Assembly (NCBI GenBank): GCA_963827235.1
Contig: CAWHAE010000012.1
Location: forward strand, 1,024,001-1,088,000
DNA from: an uncultured bacterium
Lineage (GTDB): Bacteria > Chloroflexota > UBA5177 > JANWHV01
DNA length: 64,000 bases
Reading direction: 5' to 3'
This document shows positions 60,356-64,000 of this stretch, in pieces. Positions within the stretch are counted from its first letter, which is position 1. Every line of letters begins with the position of its first letter. The notes under the pieces are model-generated. The model did not search any database and was not told the DNA's origin. It saw nothing but the letters and a program-made list of their open reading frames with translations. A program made the translations under genes and the position numbers.

Positions 60356-60916
60356 ATGGCCAACCACCGCTGTCCCTGGTGGGCCGGCACCCTGCTGGCG
60401 AACCCGGTGCGCCGCCTGTTGCAGGACCCCGCCAGGATTCTCAGGCCTTACGTGCGGCCGGGCATGACGGTCCTCGAGCCGGGCCCGGGCATGGGATTCT
60501 TCACGCTGGAGCTGGCCCGGCTGGCCGGGCCGTCCGGTCGCGTGGTCGCCATCGACGTGCAGCCTCAGATGCTCGAAGGACTCAAGCGCAGGGCCGCGAA
60601 GGCCGGGCTGGCGGAACGGGTCGAGGCGCGCCGGGCCCAGCCGCAATCCCTCGGCGTCGGCGATCTCGCCGGGCAGGTGGATTTCGTGCTGGTGTTTGCC
60701 ATGCTGCACGAGATGCCAAGCGCTGCCGCGTTCTTTGCCGAGGCCGGACAGGCGATGAAGCCGGGGGCGATCCTCCTGCTCGCCGAGCCAAGCGGTCACG
60801 TCAATGCCGAGCGTTTTGCGGCAGAGCTCGCGGAAGCCGGAAAAGCCGGATTCAGCGCGGTCGAGCGTCCGGGTGTCCGCTGGAGCCACGCCGCGGTGCT
60901 GCGGAAGCAGGCATAG
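60356..60916 (+). CDS. Class I SAM-dependent methyltransferase
   Basis: VLEPGPGMGFF, VVAIDVQPQML and LHE. Confidence 0.9.
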   Translation: MANHRCPWWAGTLLANPVRRLLQDPARILRPYVRPGMTVLEPGPGMGFFTLELARLAGPSGRVVAIDVQPQMLEGLKRRAAKAGLAERVEARRAQPQSLGVGDLAGQVDFVLVFAMLHEMPSAAAFFAEAGQAMKPGAILLLAEPSGHVNAERFAAELAEAGKAGFSAVERPGVRWSHAAVLRKQA

Positions 60917-61069
60917 ACCGTCGCCTGCGACCTTCGGCGCGATCGGAACCGACCTTCCGCGCTGCCGCGGCGGGAAGTCACAGCTATGGCGGCAGGCTGC
61001 GGAGGCACGCCGGGGAAGCCATGCTTAGGGGGCTGCCTCGGGGCTGCGTTTCACGGGTCGATGCATCGG

Positions 61070-61264
61070 CTATCTGTCCGACCGGTCAGATGGCGGTGGC
61101 GTGCGCGCCCGGCTGGTCATCCGCAGAGCGCCGATGTCGGCAGGGTCGCCTATCAGAATGAGCGCCGGACGGTCCAGGACCGCCTCCGCCATGGTCAGCG
61201 CATCGATGGTTGCATCCCCGACGTTCGCGGCGGCAAGCAGCCGACCTGCTTCGCGTGCAACTGC
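61070..61264 (-). pseudogene. C-terminal fragment of a PIN-domain (VapC-like) toxin
   Basis: AVAREAGRLLAAANVGDATIDALTMAEAVLDRPALILIGDPADIGAL fits the PIN C-half. No N-terminal half or antitoxin is visible. Confidence 0.6.
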
Positions 61265-61406
61265 GTAGCACGACTTGCGCGGTTGAGGGTCTGTGCCCAC
61301 ATTCTTCTCGGGTGTGCGCTTGGCCGGATACCTTGAGATGGGGCGCAGATGGGGGACAAATCCAACAAACTGCGCAAGCCGTCGTGATGTGATACCGGCT
61401 CGGTGA

Positions 61407-61435
61407 TTGCGGACGCGCCGAGCCTGCAGTATGAT
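61407..61435 (+). promoter_or_regulatory. Sigma70-type promoter
   Basis: TTGCGG-17 bp-TATGAT upstream of ATG 61538. Confidence 0.6.
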
Positions 61436-61537
61436 CGCACGGCTGGTGGCGCCGGGCGTGCAGAGCACTGCGCGGCGACACGGCGCATCGGCGAGCAGGC
61501 TGATGGCCGCACCGGCGGCCGGAACGGCAGGTGCGGC

Positions 61538-64000
61538 ATGGCAGGGGAGTACCTTACCGCCAGTCAGGCGGCCAAGTTCCTCGGGGTGTCGAGAGGCACC
61601 GTGCTCAACGCCGTGGACGCCGGTGAGCTCAAGGCGGTCTACCGCATGCCGGGTGGCGCTTACCGCTTCGTGCTGCCCGACGTGGAGCGCTACGCGCAGT
61701 GGCGCGCGGTCAAGCACGAAGTCGAAGCGCAGGCCCGCGCGGCGGTTCGCCTGCAGGCCCGGCAGGCGGTGTCCGGCAGAGGAGCGCCGATTGATGCACT
61801 GCTCGAACGGCTCGCGGACCTGCCAAGGGAAGGTAAGGGCGACGCCGGCGCGGAGATTGCCGATATTCTCGCCCTGCTGGCAGACAGCCTGCAGGTGGGA
61901 GCCACCCTCGTCGCGTGCTGCGAAGACGGTCACTGGCCGATTGTCTATGTCCATGACCGCGTGGGCATGGCGGTGCGCGCGGGCACGTCGCTGCCCTGGG
62001 ACGAGGTCTTCACCCTCGCGTTCGACGGCGGCCCTCCCACTTCGCTGATCGTGGAAGACGTGCGCACGGATGCGCGGCTCTCCCAACCGGCCGACCTGCC
62101 GCCCTGGCGGGCGGGCACCTTGACCGCGGTGTCCCTGCACCGTGCCGGCGGGCTGCTCTACGGAGCGCTCTGCACGCTGCATCCGTCGACCCGGCCCGTG
62201 CCCACTGGCGAGCCGGCGCTGCTGCGCCTGGCCGGTCGCATGGTCGTGCAGGCGGTGGAAACGGCGACCTTGCGCGAGAGGGAGCGCCGGGAGGCGCAGC
62301 GGGCCGGGCGGCTGGCCGCCATCGTGGAGCAGTCCGGCGATGCCATCTTCCGCATATCGGCCTCCGGCCTGATCGAGACCTGGAACGCAGGCGCGACCCG
62401 GCTGTACGGCTACAGCGCCGAGGAGGCGGTTGACCGGAGTATCAGCATGCTGGCACCCGTCGATCGCGCCGGCGAGCAACCCGGCATGCTGCACCGGCTG
62501 ATGCACGGCGCGGACGTCCTCGACTTCGAGACGGTGCGGCTGCGCAAGGACGGCAGCACCGTGGACGTCTTGCTGACCATTTCGGGGATACGCGACGACG
62601 CCGGCAGGCTGATCGCCGCCTCGGCGATTACCCGGGACATCGGCGACCGGCTGCGCGTCCGCCGTGCGGAGCGGGAGGAGGCGGAGGAGGCGCAGGCCGT
62701 GGCAGCGCTGGGCGCCGCCCTGGCCGGCTCGCTGGATCTGCCTGAGCTGTACCAGGCTATCCTGGACCAAGCGGCACGGCTGCTCCCGTATGACCTTGCC
62801 AGTATCGTGCAGTACGAGGACCGATGGGCGGTGGTCGTCGCCAGCGCCGGCCCGCGCAAGGTCGCAGCGGGCAGCCGCTTCTACCGGCGGCCGGAGAGCG
62901 ACCCGTTCTGGACGGTGGCACCCGGCTGCGCCACGTACGTGCCTGACACCGCTCAGGAGCCTGCCTGGCAGGGCGTCGATCCCGGGGCAGGCGGGCTTGG
63001 GCTGCGCAGCATCGTGCACGTGCCGCTCGTCCTGCGCAGCGGCACAGTCGGGTGCCTGGGCATCGCCAGCCTCCGGCCGGTATGCTACTCCGAGCGCCAG
63101 ATCCGCCTGGCAGTCAGCCTTGGCGGCTTCGCGGCGCAGGCCCTGGGCAATGCGCAGCTCTATGCCGCGGAGCAGGCACGAGCGCGAGTGGCTGAGCAGC
63201 TCGCGGGGCTGCAACGGGAGCAAGCGCAGGAAGCCCAGGTCATGGCCGCCCTCAGCGCGGCGCTGGCCGGAACGCTCGACAGCGCGGAAGTGTACCGCGT
63301 GATCCTGGAGGAAGCCGCTCGTCTGCTACCCTTCCACGTGGCGGACATCTTCCTCTACGACGAGGGGTGGGCAGTGGTTGCGGCCAGTGCCGGCGACCAG
63401 CCGCTGGCCGGCGGCGCGCATCATATGCAGCTGGATGGAGGCGATCCCTGCTGGCTCCCGCCGTCCGGCGACGTCAGCTACCTGCCGGACACCGACGAGG
63501 AGCCGCTCTGGCGCCATATCGCGCCGCGCGTGGGCGACTATCGCATCCGCAGTCACGTCTCGATGCCGCTCGTGCTCGAGGGCGTGCAGGTCGGCTGCTT
63601 TGCCGTCGGCAGCTACAGTCCGCACGCCTATACAGACGATCACCTGCGCCTGGCCCGTGTCTTCGGCGAGCGGGCGGCACAGGCGCTGCGCAACGCCCGG
63701 CTGCACGAGAGCGAGCGGGAGCGGGCGCGGCTGGCCGAGGAGCGGGCACGGTTGCAGGCCGCCGAGGTCGCGAAGGCCGGGCAATTGGCGGCGCTGCAGG
63801 AGGTCACGGCAGGGCTGGCCGTGGTGCGTACCCCCGAAGAGATCGCCGGCCGGGTGATGAGCGTGGCGGCGCGGCTGCTTGGCGCCGTCGCCGGCACCGT
63901 CCGCCTGCTGAGTGGCGACGGGGCCTGGCTGGAGCGCGTGCACGGCGACGACGAGTCGTATCTCGTCCGCCCCGTTGTCGAGCGTATGGCCATGGACAAC
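61538..64000 (+). CDS. Excisionase-type HTH plus GAF-PAS-GAF-GAF multi-sensor protein (partial, runs off the right edge)
   Basis: My translation: MAGEYLTASQAAKFLGVSRGTVLNAVDAGEL...PGGAYRF; a GAF (IVEDVRTDAR, YGALCTL); a PAS (IVEQSGDAI...WNAGATRLYGYSAEEAV...RLRKDGS); repeated GAFs. No stop before 64000, so it is missing from the ORF track. Confidence 0.88.
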   Translation, partial: MAGEYLTASQAAKFLGVSRGTVLNAVDAGELKAVYRMPGGAYRFVLPDVERYAQWRAVKHEVEAQARAAVRLQARQAVSGRGAPIDALLERLADLPREGKGDAGAEIADILALLADSLQVGATLVACCEDGHWPIVYVHDRVGMAVRAGTSLPWDEVFTLAFDGGPPTSLIVEDVRTDARLSQPADLPPWRAGTLTAVSLHRAGGLLYGALCTLHPSTRPVPTGEPALLRLAGRMVVQAVETATLRERERREAQRAGRLAAIVEQSGDAIFRISASGLIETWNAGATRLYGYSAEEAVDRSISMLAPVDRAGEQPGMLHRLMHGADVLDFETVRLRKDGSTVDVLLTISGIRDDAGRLIAASAITRDIGDRLRVRRAEREEAEEAQAVAALGAALAGSLDLPELYQAILDQAARLLPYDLASIVQYEDRWAVVVASAGPRKVAAGSRFYRRPESDPFWTVAPGCATYVPDTAQEPAWQGVDPGAGGLGLRSIVHVPLVLRSGTVGCLGIASLRPVCYSERQIRLAVSLGGFAAQALGNAQLYAAEQARARVAEQLAGLQREQAQEAQVMAALSAALAGTLDSAEVYRVILEEAARLLPFHVADIFLYDEGWAVVAASAGDQPLAGGAHHMQLDGGDPCWLPPSGDVSYLPDTDEEPLWRHIAPRVGDYRIRSHVSMPLVLEGVQVGCFAVGSYSPHAYTDDHLRLARVFGERAAQALRNARLHESERERARLAEERARLQAAEVAKAGQLAALQEVTAGLAVVRTPEEIAGRVMSVAARLLGAVAGTVRLLSGDGAWLERVHGDDESYLVRPVVERMAMDN

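Noticed and set aside
61538-61720. Prophage or ICE excisionase
   Set aside because: The HTH is fused in frame to sensor domains, and no integrase, att site or phage genes are in the window.
61265-63223. 717-aa minus-strand ORF as a gene
   Set aside because: It is antisense to the HTH-GAF-PAS gene; only the terminal PIN-like part looks real.

Overview
High-GC bacterial chromosomal window. Gene content, including a DUF6788-BTAD-ATPase-TPR regulator, suggests a monoderm soil organism such as Chloroflexota (inference). I saw no rRNA, tRNA, CRISPR array or intact mobile element. All family calls come from motif recognition by eye, not database searches. Main blocks: (1) 0.3-3.8 kb, a WxL cell-surface cluster whose last gene carries a DUF4258+DUF2283 toxin-antitoxin-like module fused behind its transmembrane anchor. 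(2) 8-24 kb, an extracytoplasmic redox island: a MarR-boxed, Rieske-less cytochrome b module, a c-type cytochrome, two ferric-reductase-like/FMN-binding pairs, two Rieske proteins (one DoxX-fused), an atypical cupredoxin and an orphan histidine kinase, with a shared direct-repeat box at four promoters. (3) Housekeeping and accessory genes (zwf, typA, nfi, S9 peptidase, ADH, EAL protein). (4) 46-58 kb, a sugar locus (GH38, ABC transporter, GntR/LacI regulator) next to a glycyl radical enzyme with an unusual GCNW cysteine loop, its activase and an AraC regulator. (5) A PLD, a methyltransferase, a PIN-toxin remnant and a truncated HTH-GAF-PAS-GAF sensor. Several genes carry single-base frameshifts, mostly at or beside GATC, which look like long-read errors rather than true pseudogenes.
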